DNA of 64,000 bases from a virus (IMGVR_UViG_3300042013_000067:192001-256000), one strand, 5' to 3'. Counted from the stretch's first letter, positions 18,486 to 28,213 are shown. Made by a program: numbers and translations. The notes: generated by a model from the sequence alone, not told the origin.

Positions 18486-18833
18486 ATGAGTTCACGTCTA
18501 CTTGATTATTTCGGCACCATCGGTCACTCGCGTTACACTGGCGATGAGCTTCCTGATGCCGAACGTCGGGATATGATTCGTAAAGCTGAAGCTGCTCCAG
18601 TGAAGCATCACACTGTAGGTGTCTATAAGAACCAGTCGTATAAGCAGAACTGTGTACCGGACTTCGAGCTGGAGCAACACGTCAAGTACAACACCGAGTA
18701 TCGTTGGGGACGTGGTTTGTTCGTAGACGGTAAGTGCGTACATCAAGGCTACCTCTCTGATGCCGAGGTGGCCACTTGGGAGGCCAAGCTTAAAGATTGG
18801 CCAATGCCGAAGATCACATACCCACGCCATTAA
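18486..18833 (+). CDS. hypothetical protein
   Basis: GAGG RBS, 115 aa. Confidence 0.75.
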   Translation: MSSRLLDYFGTIGHSRYTGDELPDAERRDMIRKAEAAPVKHHTVGVYKNQSYKQNCVPDFELEQHVKYNTEYRWGRGLFVDGKCVHQGYLSDAEVATWEAKLKDWPMPKITYPRH

Positions 18834-18846
18834 GGGAAACATCGAT

Positions 18847-19359
18847 ATGTGTTTTTCAATGTACTACAACGTGGACCACGTCGAACAACCTGACATCATA
18901 CAGAGCTTCGATGTATTCAGGGTTCCGCAAGTAACAGTGTCCGAGTCCGAAGCACGGAATTCTATCGATGTCGCCATCCGGCTCTTCATGGAAAACGAGA
19001 TCGTTAAGGCCGTCGAGGCAGAAGCGGCTAAGTTCGATAAGAACGAAACCTTGGTCTATGGGAATCCGCTTTCGGAGATCCCAGATCGGTCAGTGGTGTT
19101 TACCACACCACTTGGTAAATTTTATCTCGATGAGGAAGTAGCGCATCCCGAGCTAACATTTGTCACGCACCACACGCGCCTGAACAACAAGATCATCGTC
19201 TTGCAGTTAAAGGACTTTGGTTTCGTCGCTATGTACAGCGTTAATTACACCAACACTGCTGCAGCATACGTACATGCCGATGTTCGAATCAAGTTCGGCA
19301 TTGCCGCTGAAAGCGCCACGGTTTATAACTGTGAAGCCAAGGCGTTGACTGACGCCTAA
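18847..19359 (+). CDS. hypothetical protein
   Basis: ATG 18847 after the upstream stop, in the frame of ORF 18760..19359. Confidence 0.75.
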   Translation: MCFSMYYNVDHVEQPDIIQSFDVFRVPQVTVSESEARNSIDVAIRLFMENEIVKAVEAEAAKFDKNETLVYGNPLSEIPDRSVVFTTPLGKFYLDEEVAHPELTFVTHHTRLNNKIIVLQLKDFGFVAMYSVNYTNTAAAYVHADVRIKFGIAAESATVYNCEAKALTDA

Positions 19360-19383
19360 AGCACACCACTGGAGTCTACTAAC

Positions 19384-20073
19384 ATGTCCAGCGAACTAAA
19401 AGCAACTCCAGCGCAACTAGCTGAAGTAAAGCTTCTGATGCCTCAGATCGATAAGCGCATCAATGAATTTCAACTTGATGTCATCGCCAGCAGTCTCGAT
19501 CATGTCCTGTTCAGGAACGTAACCGTTCGTGAATACCTGCCGTTCATGACTAAAGTAGCCCGAGCCACTACAGACGACCTCGTAAACCTAGTGCGTACAA
19601 TCAACTTCGCAAAACTAGGTCCAGCAATCCAACAGCAGATCGATACCGCAATCGATTTAGTGGGTTACGCGGTGCAGCCGGTATTCGCCTCTAAAGAAGG
19701 TGATCCGTCTTATGCTTACACCATCGGTCTGAACCTACGTGTTGGGTTTGAGTTGATTATAGTGGCGGGGTTCGATGTTGAGCTGTTGCAGACTGTTATC
19801 AACAAGTACGCAGCCTTAGCGCTTAACCACGAGCACATCGAGCTTGAGCGTAACGACTTGTTGCATATGCGCCGCAACGAGAAGTACGGGGTTCGCACCA
19901 AGTGTATTCCAGTAGAGCCCATGGTGGTTAAGCAGAGCCACATGCGCGCTATCCGCGGTGAGGTGAAACGGGTCTACCAGATCCTGATCGCCGATAAGAA
20001 CAACATCTTCCCCAACGAATCTGGCTACGATCAAGAATGGCGGCAGCCGTATTTCCCACGTCCACTTTACTGA
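19384..20073 (+). CDS. DUF4262-like protein
   Basis: SYAYTIGL....FELII.G, QILIAD.NNIFPNE.GY....QP pattern. Confidence 0.7.
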   Translation: MSSELKATPAQLAEVKLLMPQIDKRINEFQLDVIASSLDHVLFRNVTVREYLPFMTKVARATTDDLVNLVRTINFAKLGPAIQQQIDTAIDLVGYAVQPVFASKEGDPSYAYTIGLNLRVGFELIIVAGFDVELLQTVINKYAALALNHEHIELERNDLLHMRRNEKYGVRTKCIPVEPMVVKQSHMRAIRGEVKRVYQILIADKNNIFPNESGYDQEWRQPYFPRPLY

Positions 20074-20081
20074 GGTGACCA

Positions 20082-20597
20082 ATGTCTTTTATTCAAATGG
20101 TGCGTGACAACATGCATGGCGGTACACTGGATACCATGCATGCCTTGTATTTTCGTGGTCCATTAGAATCGGGTGACTTACCCAGTAAAGGTGGTTTTGC
20201 CGATCTAGTCCTGAAGGGTTGGGCTGAGACCATCTGGGACGAGGCTAAACCACATCGGTTGAATGCACTCGGGCGGGCTACGGCTAAAACGTATTACGAG
20301 TCTATGGCGGCCAGCGCCGCAGCACTGACTAACCGATCGGAATTCACAGTAGCCGAACTTAAGGCCAAGTTGGCCGAGGGTGCAGTACGCTGGATGGCCA
20401 GCGATGGACCTAGCGTTCGCGATACTTTTCCAGATGACGCTGTGTTTACATTAGACGGTGTCCTCGAACTTAATCCAGCGGGTGAACGACGGTCATACCT
20501 GATCACCCACCCCGTGAGTGGTTTGCGCGGGTATCTTATCTTTACCATCGGTGATCGCGGTACTGACTGCGATTCCAAGCTTTTAAATGAGGAGTGA
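20082..20597 (+). CDS. hypothetical protein
   Basis: GAGGT RBS, 171 aa. Confidence 0.75.
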   Translation: MSFIQMVRDNMHGGTLDTMHALYFRGPLESGDLPSKGGFADLVLKGWAETIWDEAKPHRLNALGRATAKTYYESMAASAAALTNRSEFTVAELKAKLAEGAVRWMASDGPSVRDTFPDDAVFTLDGVLELNPAGERRSYLITHPVSGLRGYLIFTIGDRGTDCDSKLLNEE

Positions 20598-21025
20598 ACA
20601 TCATGGCTGTTGAAGACGAAGTAAAAGAACCAGTTACTGTCGCTCAAGAGAAAGTACTGATCTGGCATGATGCTAGTCGCATGATCAACGCGTGGCAGAT
20701 CTGCAAGCTTGATGCCAATAACAACCCGATCGATGAAACCAATCGTGAAGTAGTCGAAGCCGATATCGTGAAGTACCTCGGCTTCCGGCCGGACGGTGGT
20801 GAGAAGCAGTACGAGCGTATCCCAGCGCAAGTGCGTGTTTCTATCCCAGGTCGCAGTGCAGGTAATCCGAATCACCCGTTTTTGATCATCGATACCCACG
20901 TGCAAGTCAATATGTCTGCTACCAGCATCAGCGCAATGGCTGAGCTGTCGGGTGACTTCCCTTACGGTATCGTAAAGGTCGAGGGGTTCATCGTCAATGA
21001 GCCGGTAGTAGTGTCTGTCGAATGA
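20594..21025 (+). CDS. hypothetical protein
   Basis: GTGA overlap; alternative ATG 9 nt downstream. Confidence 0.8.
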   Translation: MNIMAVEDEVKEPVTVAQEKVLIWHDASRMINAWQICKLDANNNPIDETNREVVEADIVKYLGFRPDGGEKQYERIPAQVRVSIPGRSAGNPNHPFLIIDTHVQVNMSATSISAMAELSGDFPYGIVKVEGFIVNEPVVVSVE

Positions 21026-21228
21026 TCTACGAGGTCGAAGTCAACAAAGAGTATTTGTCACCCTCCGGCCTACGCTTCAAAGTCCTGTATTGTGCCAAGC
21101 ACGCGCAGGACTGTTCTTTCCCTATGGTTGTATTCACCAACCTTGAACCCACGCATGATCGCCCGGCTAATGAAATCTGGGTGTTATGCGAAAGCCTCTT
21201 TCTGAGACAGTTCCGAGACGCGCCGTAA
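21022..21228 (+). CDS. DUF1653-like small protein
   Basis: Y...G..F.VL..A.H......VVF......WV.....F pattern. Confidence 0.5.
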   Translation: MIYEVEVNKEYLSPSGLRFKVLYCAKHAQDCSFPMVVFTNLEPTHDRPANEIWVLCESLFLRQFRDAP

Positions 21229-21519
21229 ATGAAATCGCTTTTTGTATTTATTACTGTTGCTGTAATGTCAGTTGCTGTGCAGGCTGCTGATGAATTGGTA
21301 GGTGCCATCGAGGCTGACGTAATCACCGCCAAGTGTGTCAAGAAGAAGACCATGGGATTCATGGCTGTGGTCAGCGGTAAAGCCGAGTACGATTGCAAAC
21401 TGTGGGTAGAAAGTGAATACGGTCAACAACACATTTCTATCGTCACGGACCATGAAGTCAAGCGCGGTGAGAAATACATGCTCGTGCAGTCCGATGACGG
21501 TAAACATTCCTTGATGTGA
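21229..21519 (+). CDS. putative exported protein
   Basis: N-terminal signal peptide (MKSLFVFITVAVMSVAVQA). Confidence 0.75.
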   Translation: MKSLFVFITVAVMSVAVQAADELVGAIEADVITAKCVKKKTMGFMAVVSGKAEYDCKLWVESEYGQQHISIVTDHEVKRGEKYMLVQSDDGKHSLM

Positions 21520-21529
21520 GGCTACATCC

Positions 21530-21997
21530 ATGGCTATACATCTTACTATCGTAGGCTTCGGTAAGGAACCCGACCTTAGCCTTGAAAGTTTACTGCAGTA
21601 TTGCGGTACCGATCCTGAAGTAGCGGGTAAGACCGTAAATGGTAGTACGTATTACTACAAGGTTAAGACCAAACACGCCGGGGTAGAGATCTTTCACGTA
21701 GCCATTCGTGATACGGTGATTGATTCACCTAACCTCTCGTTGATATTCACCGATGCGTTCCCAACAGGTACCGATGAGACCGATCCACTCGTGCGTACCC
21801 GTGCTGAACTGATTGGTAATGTCTTGGGCGAAACCGCGATACGCTGCGGTGGTGCTTTGGTCATGCGTGAAGTCGAGGGTATGTTCGAAGACGGTAAAGG
21901 TAACATGAGTTACTTGTTTAAGAATGTACACTCAGTTATCGAAGCCGACCTCGCTCAAGGTGAACGCGCCGAGATCTATCAACGAAACAAAAACTAA
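21530..21997 (+). CDS. hypothetical protein
   Basis: GAGG RBS, 155 aa. Confidence 0.75.
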   Translation: MAIHLTIVGFGKEPDLSLESLLQYCGTDPEVAGKTVNGSTYYYKVKTKHAGVEIFHVAIRDTVIDSPNLSLIFTDAFPTGTDETDPLVRTRAELIGNVLGETAIRCGGALVMREVEGMFEDGKGNMSYLFKNVHSVIEADLAQGERAEIYQRNKN

Positions 21998-22002
21998 CTG
22001 GT

Positions 22003-22027
22003 GAGGGCTTCGGCCCTCCCTATGCCC
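22003..22027 (+). terminator. stem-loop (UUCG) terminator-like
   Basis: GAGGGC-ttcg-GCCCTC-ccTATGCC. Confidence 0.6.
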
Positions 22028-22038
22028 TTGGAGGCAGT

Positions 22039-22266
22039 ATGAAGTTTATTCTACTGGTGTCAACCATACTCACAGGCAGTAACGGTAACACGGCAGCTGA
22101 AACCAGCGCTGTGTTCGACAGTAAAGACACCTGTGTTCAGGCCGTTGAAATTCGCACTGGTCAAAGCATGACTCCGGTTAAGGGTGGTATGAAACTGACC
22201 GTGAACCTAGATCCTGGGCGTACTGTGTTTGTTTGTAGCCCCTACGGGAGCGCTTCTAATGAGTGA
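22039..22266 (+). CDS. small putative exported protein
   Basis: GGAGG RBS; hydrophobic N-terminus, two Cys. Confidence 0.7.
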   Translation: MKFILLVSTILTGSNGNTAAETSAVFDSKDTCVQAVEIRTGQSMTPVKGGMKLTVNLDPGRTVFVCSPYGSASNE

Positions 22267-22534
22267 CTGCCCGGAGTCGTTTGGTCCACTGTCACCCACT
22301 GAAGGCGAAGAGCTAAACGCCAATGTCTTCAAGGATGATTCCATCTACGAGCTGGAGAAGTCGCAACAGTGGTATCAGCGCGTAACCAAAGCGTTGGTGG
22401 AAGGCGATCCTACTAAACCCCGCCTCACAGCCGAGTTGAAACAGATAACTCGCTGTCTCGATCTTAAGCGCCGTAAAGACGAGTGGGGTATTGCCAGTGT
22501 GGTTACCCTTACTGAAACGTTCCCCAAGGAGTAA
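22259..22534 (+). CDS. hypothetical protein
   Basis: GGGAG RBS; ATG 22259. Confidence 0.7.
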   Translation: MSDCPESFGPLSPTEGEELNANVFKDDSIYELEKSQQWYQRVTKALVEGDPTKPRLTAELKQITRCLDLKRRKDEWGIASVVTLTETFPKE

Positions 22535-22537
22535 GAC

Positions 22538-23227
22538 ATGCTTGAACAACTGCGTATTGAGATTGACACGTACAACGAATCCCAGAACATCAACACTCTG
22601 GCGTCATACCACAACAACGAACACATGTCTGTGGCCTACGACATTGCTAAACAGCTTTGGGCGATCGAGAAACGCGATCCTAACTTTGTTATGTCGGCTC
22701 CTGAGGCTGTAATGGACGTCATCCTGATGCTCGGGGTGCTGTTCCATGACGTTAACCACAGCGGTGGTCGCCTAACCGATCGGGAGAACATCCTGTGGGC
22801 TATCCGCGAACTCAAGCAGTTCGTGCTGATCCACTCGAAAGTAATGAACGGGGTATTTAAGAAGCAGTACCCTGACTGGGTGGCTCCAGCCTTGTGGGCA
22901 GCGGTAGGTATTATCGACTGCACTGAGTTCCCGTTTGTGAAACTCCCACACACCAAACTCGAATGCATCATGCGTGATGCTGACGTGTTGTACACCGCGT
23001 ACGTAGGTAACCCTAAGTTGGTGATGGAAGACCTGCGTACAGAGATCGGTACGGCTCGTAACAAGGAAGTCACGTATCATGAGATGATCGCTGGACAAAC
23101 AGCCTTTGTGTCCAACATCGTCATGTACACCAAAGCCGGCCAAGCCATGTGGGATAAACTTGCCGATCCCTATATGGCTAAGCTTACTGAATACGCCTCA
23201 GCACACGCTGAACCTATCCTCGCCTAA
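22538..23227 (+). CDS. HD-superfamily phosphodiesterase-like protein
   Basis: YHNNEH, LFHDVNHSG, IDCT, MRDAD; order and spacing resemble the class I PDEase/HD catalytic motifs. Confidence 0.8.
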   Translation: MLEQLRIEIDTYNESQNINTLASYHNNEHMSVAYDIAKQLWAIEKRDPNFVMSAPEAVMDVILMLGVLFHDVNHSGGRLTDRENILWAIRELKQFVLIHSKVMNGVFKKQYPDWVAPALWAAVGIIDCTEFPFVKLPHTKLECIMRDADVLYTAYVGNPKLVMEDLRTEIGTARNKEVTYHEMIAGQTAFVSNIVMYTKAGQAMWDKLADPYMAKLTEYASAHAEPILA

Positions 23228-23237
23228 CGGAGTTACC

Positions 23238-23909
23238 ATGTCCAACGTCATTTCACTGGATAAGTTCCTGGCTGACCGGAGCGATAAGAACTGCGGTGAG
23301 TTCCGGGCATGGCTTCAGAAGTTCGCGGTTAGTATGGCCAATGCTGCACGTGAGCCTTACTGTCGTTATCCGTTGGCGTTCCAAGCGATCTGTGCCGGTT
23401 GGCACATGTTCAGCAACATGGATGACCTGACGGATTGGTGGTTGCCGGCTTGTGTCCCGACGTTCGCTACAGAACCTGAACTCTGTATCACGTTCTTGAA
23501 CGGACGTTCGCCTATGGTCGGTAAGGAGTATGCCACACTGGGCACGATCACCTTCGGCCCACGTCAAGGCCTGGTTAGTGATGTCAACTATCGGGTGGTG
23601 TTTGAAGATGCCATCCGGGAACACAAGCCCGGTACTATGAACCTGTACTTGCCCTTTGCATTCATCATCGCTTTTGCTCATCGAGACATGGGTTTTCAAT
23701 ACACGTCACATGAGGTCGTGGATGACGTAGCCACGCTGGTAATCCAGAACCTCACTGAACGCATGACCATTACTTTCCACATCGAACAAACACGTCTGGC
23801 ACTGGCTGAACTCAAAGCCGTGGTGGAACGTGCTGAACGGGTCAAGGGTGTCCCCTCTGAACACGACTGGACCGTATTCGAAGATCAACGACTTCCTCCT
23901 AAGGAGTGA
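23238..23909 (+). CDS. hypothetical protein
   Basis: GGAG RBS before ATG 23238. Confidence 0.75.
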   Translation: MSNVISLDKFLADRSDKNCGEFRAWLQKFAVSMANAAREPYCRYPLAFQAICAGWHMFSNMDDLTDWWLPACVPTFATEPELCITFLNGRSPMVGKEYATLGTITFGPRQGLVSDVNYRVVFEDAIREHKPGTMNLYLPFAFIIAFAHRDMGFQYTSHEVVDDVATLVIQNLTERMTITFHIEQTRLALAELKAVVERAERVKGVPSEHDWTVFEDQRLPPKE

Positions 23910-23976
23910 GGTCTAACGCCGAAAGGCACAGCGTCACCAACCATCGGCGGTGACATTAAAGTAAGGAGCCCACACT

Positions 23977-24606
23977 GTGGCTGATCAATACCTGCACCAC
24001 GCACCACAAATTCTGGCCATCCTGACACGTCAGGCTTGTGCCAAACAACCAATCACCTATGGCGACATTGCTGAGGAGATTGGTATTGCCCGTAAGGGTA
24101 ACCACATGGTCAACGTAATGAACTCGGCGTTGTCGCGTTTGTTCTTCTGGTGTGCGCACAATAACCTGCCACACCTGACCTCACTGGCGGTCCGTACGAC
24201 TGAACGTGTTCCCGGTGTAGGGTTCTGGGACTTACTCGGACAACGTGGTTTGTCGTTGACTGACCAACGGGCATTCCTGCAGGTGATCCATCAGGAGGTC
24301 TATCGCTATTATGAGCCAGTGTCGCAGATCGGGCCAGCGGCTATTCTGCCGTTTGTCGACTCGGTTAACTACGAGTTCGGTAAGGCCCATGGTGTTAACT
24401 TCTGCGAATGTCGTGTGGCATTCCCAGGTGGTAGCGCTGCACGGCGTCTGGTCTACGTTACGGGAGATCGTAATAAGGCTATGGTCGATGCCTTGGAAGA
24501 AACCATGGAGTTTGTGGTTAAGTCGATTAGCCACAGTACAGCTACTACGCTGGAAGCAGCTAGTTTCAACACACTACGTACTCTGGTAATGGGAGAGGCG
24601 GCATGA
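23977..24606 (+). CDS. putative winged-helix DNA-binding protein
   Basis: ITYGDIAEEIG...L..L..WC..NNLP.LTSL.V......PG.GF pattern; AAGGAG RBS. Confidence 0.6.
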   Translation: MADQYLHHAPQILAILTRQACAKQPITYGDIAEEIGIARKGNHMVNVMNSALSRLFFWCAHNNLPHLTSLAVRTTERVPGVGFWDLLGQRGLSLTDQRAFLQVIHQEVYRYYEPVSQIGPAAILPFVDSVNYEFGKAHGVNFCECRVAFPGGSAARRLVYVTGDRNKAMVDALEETMEFVVKSISHSTATTLEAASFNTLRTLVMGEAA

Positions 24607-25253
24607 ACGATCAATACTACGTTTACCAGCTTGTCTGTACCAGTAAGTCCTACATAGACTCCATTACGCCCCGGTCTGTTTTGGTGAGTGGGTTCGCTGG
24701 TTTTGATAATACCGATGTTCATTTCATGGCTAGTGGCTTCTACAGCCTGTCTAAAGATCCAGTTCATGTTCTGGAAGATGCGATCCAGCATCTCATCGAA
24801 CGGCGGCGTGAGTTCCAACTCGATATGCTTGAGCTCGATGATCTCGGTATGGGTGCTGGTGAAGGCATGGAGAGTGTGGAGTACGTCATGCCGGATGGCG
24901 TGGTGCAGGAAGAAGCAGCCAACCTCACTCAGGTTAGCATGCTACTGCAAGACGCTGCACACAATCACCTCGAAATGGTACAGGGTATTCATCTAACCGT
25001 CACTGAAGCCGTGAGCTTTAAAGACAGTCTAAGCATCGACAAAGCGAAGCGCTTCCTCAATGCCCCTGATGAGTTCATTGGTATTTTTAGCATTCCTGAC
25101 ACTCATGCACTCGCCATGCAAACCCGGCAGCAACTGCGCGATCTGAAGGAATTCGTCAAGTATCGTCTACTTGGCCGTGTGGAATTTCAGGAACAGCTGG
25201 ATAAGCTGGTGTACGATCTCGAACAACGTTTCCCTGCTGAAACTTATATTTAA
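24603..25253 (+). CDS. hypothetical protein
   Basis: ATGA overlap, 216 aa. Confidence 0.75.
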   Translation: MNDQYYVYQLVCTSKSYIDSITPRSVLVSGFAGFDNTDVHFMASGFYSLSKDPVHVLEDAIQHLIERRREFQLDMLELDDLGMGAGEGMESVEYVMPDGVVQEEAANLTQVSMLLQDAAHNHLEMVQGIHLTVTEAVSFKDSLSIDKAKRFLNAPDEFIGIFSIPDTHALAMQTRQQLRDLKEFVKYRLLGRVEFQEQLDKLVYDLEQRFPAETYI

Positions 25254-25291
25254 CGGCATATGGTCCACGGGGTTTCCCGTGGACCTTTATG
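25253..25291 (+). terminator. nested-palindrome terminator
   Basis: ACGGCATA-t-GGTCCACGGG-gttt-CCCGTGGACC-tTTATG. Confidence 0.75.
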
Positions 25292-25302
25292 GAGATATTG
25301 AC

Positions 25303-25845
25303 ATGTCCGCATCACGTGAGTTTCAACACGATCTGGGTATGTGGGATCGCTGGCTTGGGTGGTTGAGAAAGCACCCGTTGTATGACCCTGACCTGACGGC
25401 TAAGGCCATAGCGCTTTATGCCTACTACTACTGTGACCATGCCGGGCATACGACGTTATCGGCGGATGACTATGCCGCAGCCATCGAAGCGATCATACCC
25501 AATTCCTCGGTGAACTTTAATGCATTACTCAACCAAGGTGAATGGGAACGTTGGGTAGCGACATGGGCTGGTCTGCACATCAAGCACGCCATCGATAGAC
25601 CGCGTGGATGCAATCGGCTACTGGCACTGATTGAGCATCGGTACATCGAACCGATCACTCCTAAGGAACTGGTTAAGGCCCTGATGGGTGGTTGTGCTGT
25701 TTATGATGAGTTGGTTGATACCAGCTCGACTATCGAATTGTCCCAGGACATGAGCGACGCGACTATGCGTGGCATTATAGTTGACCATCCACAAGCAGAT
25801 ATGTCATGGGAGGAATTGTACGATGCGGCAAAGACTGGAAATTGA
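25303..25845 (+). CDS. hypothetical protein
   Basis: GGAG RBS; ATG 25303. Confidence 0.75.
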   Translation: MSASREFQHDLGMWDRWLGWLRKHPLYDPDLTAKAIALYAYYYCDHAGHTTLSADDYAAAIEAIIPNSSVNFNALLNQGEWERWVATWAGLHIKHAIDRPRGCNRLLALIEHRYIEPITPKELVKALMGGCAVYDELVDTSSTIELSQDMSDATMRGIIVDHPQADMSWEELYDAAKTGN

Positions 25846-26470
25846 TCTATTGTTAGGGTTGGATACGCTGAAGCAAAATCCGGGTATTTCGGTATTCTTC
25901 CAAGTGGCACAAGAGTTTGGCCGCAAAGTCGAGCTTTTGGAAGGTTATCTTCAGGAGTTTATATACCGGGCTCCTGATGCACTGATTAGCCCTGGTAACA
26001 ATTATGGCCATATGTCCGGTGGTCTGGACTTGGCTGTGCAGGACATGTCCGGCGGTTGGGCTGAAGCTGCGATCCAACGCGAGATCGGTCGTAAGTACCT
26101 GAATGAACTCAGCGTTGGTCAAGCCCTGCTCGTTAGCAACCCGGTCGGTCGGGTTAAACATGTGATCTATGCTCCGACCATGCGCGCACCAAAGAAACTT
26201 GAATGGGGAAACGATGTCCCGTACCGAGCGACACTGGCCGCATTGCAACAAATTCACCAGTACAACACAGCTAACCCGGCGTCACCGATCATCCGAGTGG
26301 TGACGCCGATGATGGGTGTGGGTACGGGTGAGATCCCAGCTGTCACTGCATTAACGCAACAAGCGCTGGCTCTGCATCGCTACAGCTATGAAGAGCCAGT
26401 GGATCATCTGTTTCGTGATGGCGCCGCTAATGACGAACTCATTAGCAACACGTGGCCGAAACGGTTCTAA
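25823..26470 (+). CDS. macrodomain (ADP-ribose-binding/hydrolase) protein; start uncertain
   Basis: DALISPGNNYGHMSGGLDLA, VGQA.L, YAPTMR.P, TPMMGVGTG. Confidence 0.85.
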   Translation: MRQRLEIDLLLGLDTLKQNPGISVFFQVAQEFGRKVELLEGYLQEFIYRAPDALISPGNNYGHMSGGLDLAVQDMSGGWAEAAIQREIGRKYLNELSVGQALLVSNPVGRVKHVIYAPTMRAPKKLEWGNDVPYRATLAALQQIHQYNTANPASPIIRVVTPMMGVGTGEIPAVTALTQQALALHRYSYEEPVDHLFRDGAANDELISNTWPKRF

Positions 26471-26505
26471 CCGACATAAGGCAGGGGCTAACCCCTGCCT
26501 GTACT
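26471..26505 (+). terminator. nested-palindrome terminator
   Basis: CCGACATA-AGGCAGGGG-ctaa-CCCCTGCCT. Confidence 0.7.
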
Positions 26506-26526
26506 TAATCGAAGTAACTAGAGGTC

Positions 26527-26534
26527 TATATTAC
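26527..26534 (+). promoter_or_regulatory. early promoter motif TATATTAC
   Basis: Exact motif between a terminator and an RBS. Confidence 0.65.
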
Positions 26535-26575
26535 CCACCTGATGTAAACCGCTGTAACCTAACCAGGAGTTAATC

Positions 26576-27259
26576 ATGAACCGCATAAAAGCTTTGCTAT
26601 GCATCGCGGGTACGTTGTTTGGTGTTTCGGCTTTTGCTGATGTTGCCTTCTACGAGCGACCGCCTTTCATGGCGGAGTCTATGCCGCGTAAGATCGATTG
26701 TGTATTGCAGTCTAGCCACTATGGCCAGTGTCTGGGTGGTTATACTGCGCCGTCCAGCATGCATGTAAAAATAGCTAACCCTGATGGTAGCGACGTTCAC
26801 GTCACGACGATCAACCCGTTAGTTACAGTGGATTGCCAGCAAGGGATCTGCAGCGAAACCACCAGCCATCGGCCTGTGGGTGATTTGAAGATGGTGCATC
26901 TGCCACCTGAATACATCATCCGTTGGACTATGGTCGATGGTTACTACTTGTATCACGACGACAGTGGTGTCGCGGCTTATAAGCGCGGCTTTGGCCCATT
27001 GGCTGATAAATACCCACCGTATCAAATCATCACTGAGCCTGTACAGCGGATGCAAACGCTGACCGATACAACAGGCACTTATGATGTTGTATGCTTACCT
27101 GCTTCTGATACCTGTACGTATAAAGGTAAGGTTGTAGATCGGGCTGCACTAAGCCAGTTAATTCCCAAGAAGCGGAGTGACTGGTGTGACCAAGAGTTCT
27201 GCTACGCCAATAAATTCGGGGAAGGCGTAGTGGGTCTAAACCCAGACGGGTTATTGTAA
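26576..27259 (+). CDS. exported cysteine-pair-rich protein
   Basis: Signal peptide ending AFA-D; eight Cys in the mature part, in pairs; AGGAG RBS. Confidence 0.8.
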   Translation: MNRIKALLCIAGTLFGVSAFADVAFYERPPFMAESMPRKIDCVLQSSHYGQCLGGYTAPSSMHVKIANPDGSDVHVTTINPLVTVDCQQGICSETTSHRPVGDLKMVHLPPEYIIRWTMVDGYYLYHDDSGVAAYKRGFGPLADKYPPYQIITEPVQRMQTLTDTTGTYDVVCLPASDTCTYKGKVVDRAALSQLIPKKRSDWCDQEFCYANKFGEGVVGLNPDGLL

Positions 27260-27297
27260 TCGACTTGAGGGCGATCCCTCTACCTTTTGAGGTACAA

Positions 27298-27594
27298 ATG
27301 GAAGCACTCGGCATTTTACTCTGCATCTACTTTTACTACCGTTGCTATAAGGTAGCTTCTCATCTACTTGGGCCATTAGGCGATTCTAATATTCAAATGT
27401 TGCACAATCGCTTTTTTACAGCAAAGAATGCCGCGACCACGATTGTGGTGGACGGTTTGTTGCGTGGACTAGCGATTAGTGCATCCCCAATCTTCGGGGT
27501 TCCTGAACTTACTGTGGTCTTGATCTTTCATACGTGCATCACCGCAGCCGGTATAACCACGGCTGTACAGCGTAGTATCCAAGGGCGTCTGTAA
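27298..27594 (+). CDS. small membrane protein
   Basis: GAGGT RBS; hydrophobic segments. Confidence 0.6.
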   Translation: MEALGILLCIYFYYRCYKVASHLLGPLGDSNIQMLHNRFFTAKNAATTIVVDGLLRGLAISASPIFGVPELTVVLIFHTCITAAGITTAVQRSIQGRL

Positions 27595-27959
27595 AGAATT
27601 ACAGCTCCTGTAGATGGTTTGCGTTGATGGCATGTCGCTCTCACCGTAGACAAGGATGCTACCGATGCTTAGCTCGATGCTTTTGCTTCTTGCTTTGTCG
27701 GTGCAGCACTCCAATGAACAACCCCGGTACTATAGCAAGACACACCTGCATACGGACGATTCGCACTGGGTGGTACCCCGTGCCTATCCATCTACGCCGC
27801 CGCGCTCCTATCGCCCGCCTCATCAACGGGCGCGACCTTGGCCGCGTTTGTCCGTGATTGCCTGTACTTGCACCGGCTTCCTTCGCCCATCTGGGTTACT
27901 GGCACACGGCAAGGGTCCGTGTAAGCTAGAACTCCCTGATCGGCATACGAGGAGGCACT

Positions 27960-28163
27960 ATGTACTCCATTGGGTATCTGTTGCATTGGGCGCTGTCCGA
28001 TAGCTGCTTTACTGCTCTCCGGCTAGCTATGCGGTTGAGCCGTAGTTTAATCTTGACGAGACCGCTGTTCCATCGCGCTGCAAACCCCGTCGCAGGGAAA
28101 GATAATCTTAATGTATCCCAGGTAACCCATAAACCTCTATCCGTGCACTTGGCTAAGGTCTAG
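27960..28163 (+). CDS. possible small protein
   Basis: Strong GAGGAGG RBS but atypical composition. Confidence 0.4.
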   Translation: MYSIGYLLHWALSDSCFTALRLAMRLSRSLILTRPLFHRAANPVAGKDNLNVSQVTHKPLSVHLAKV

Positions 28164-28213
28164 GTCAGCACCCATAGAGACGACTGGGAAAGTTAAGCTT
28201 TCCATTGCGACTG

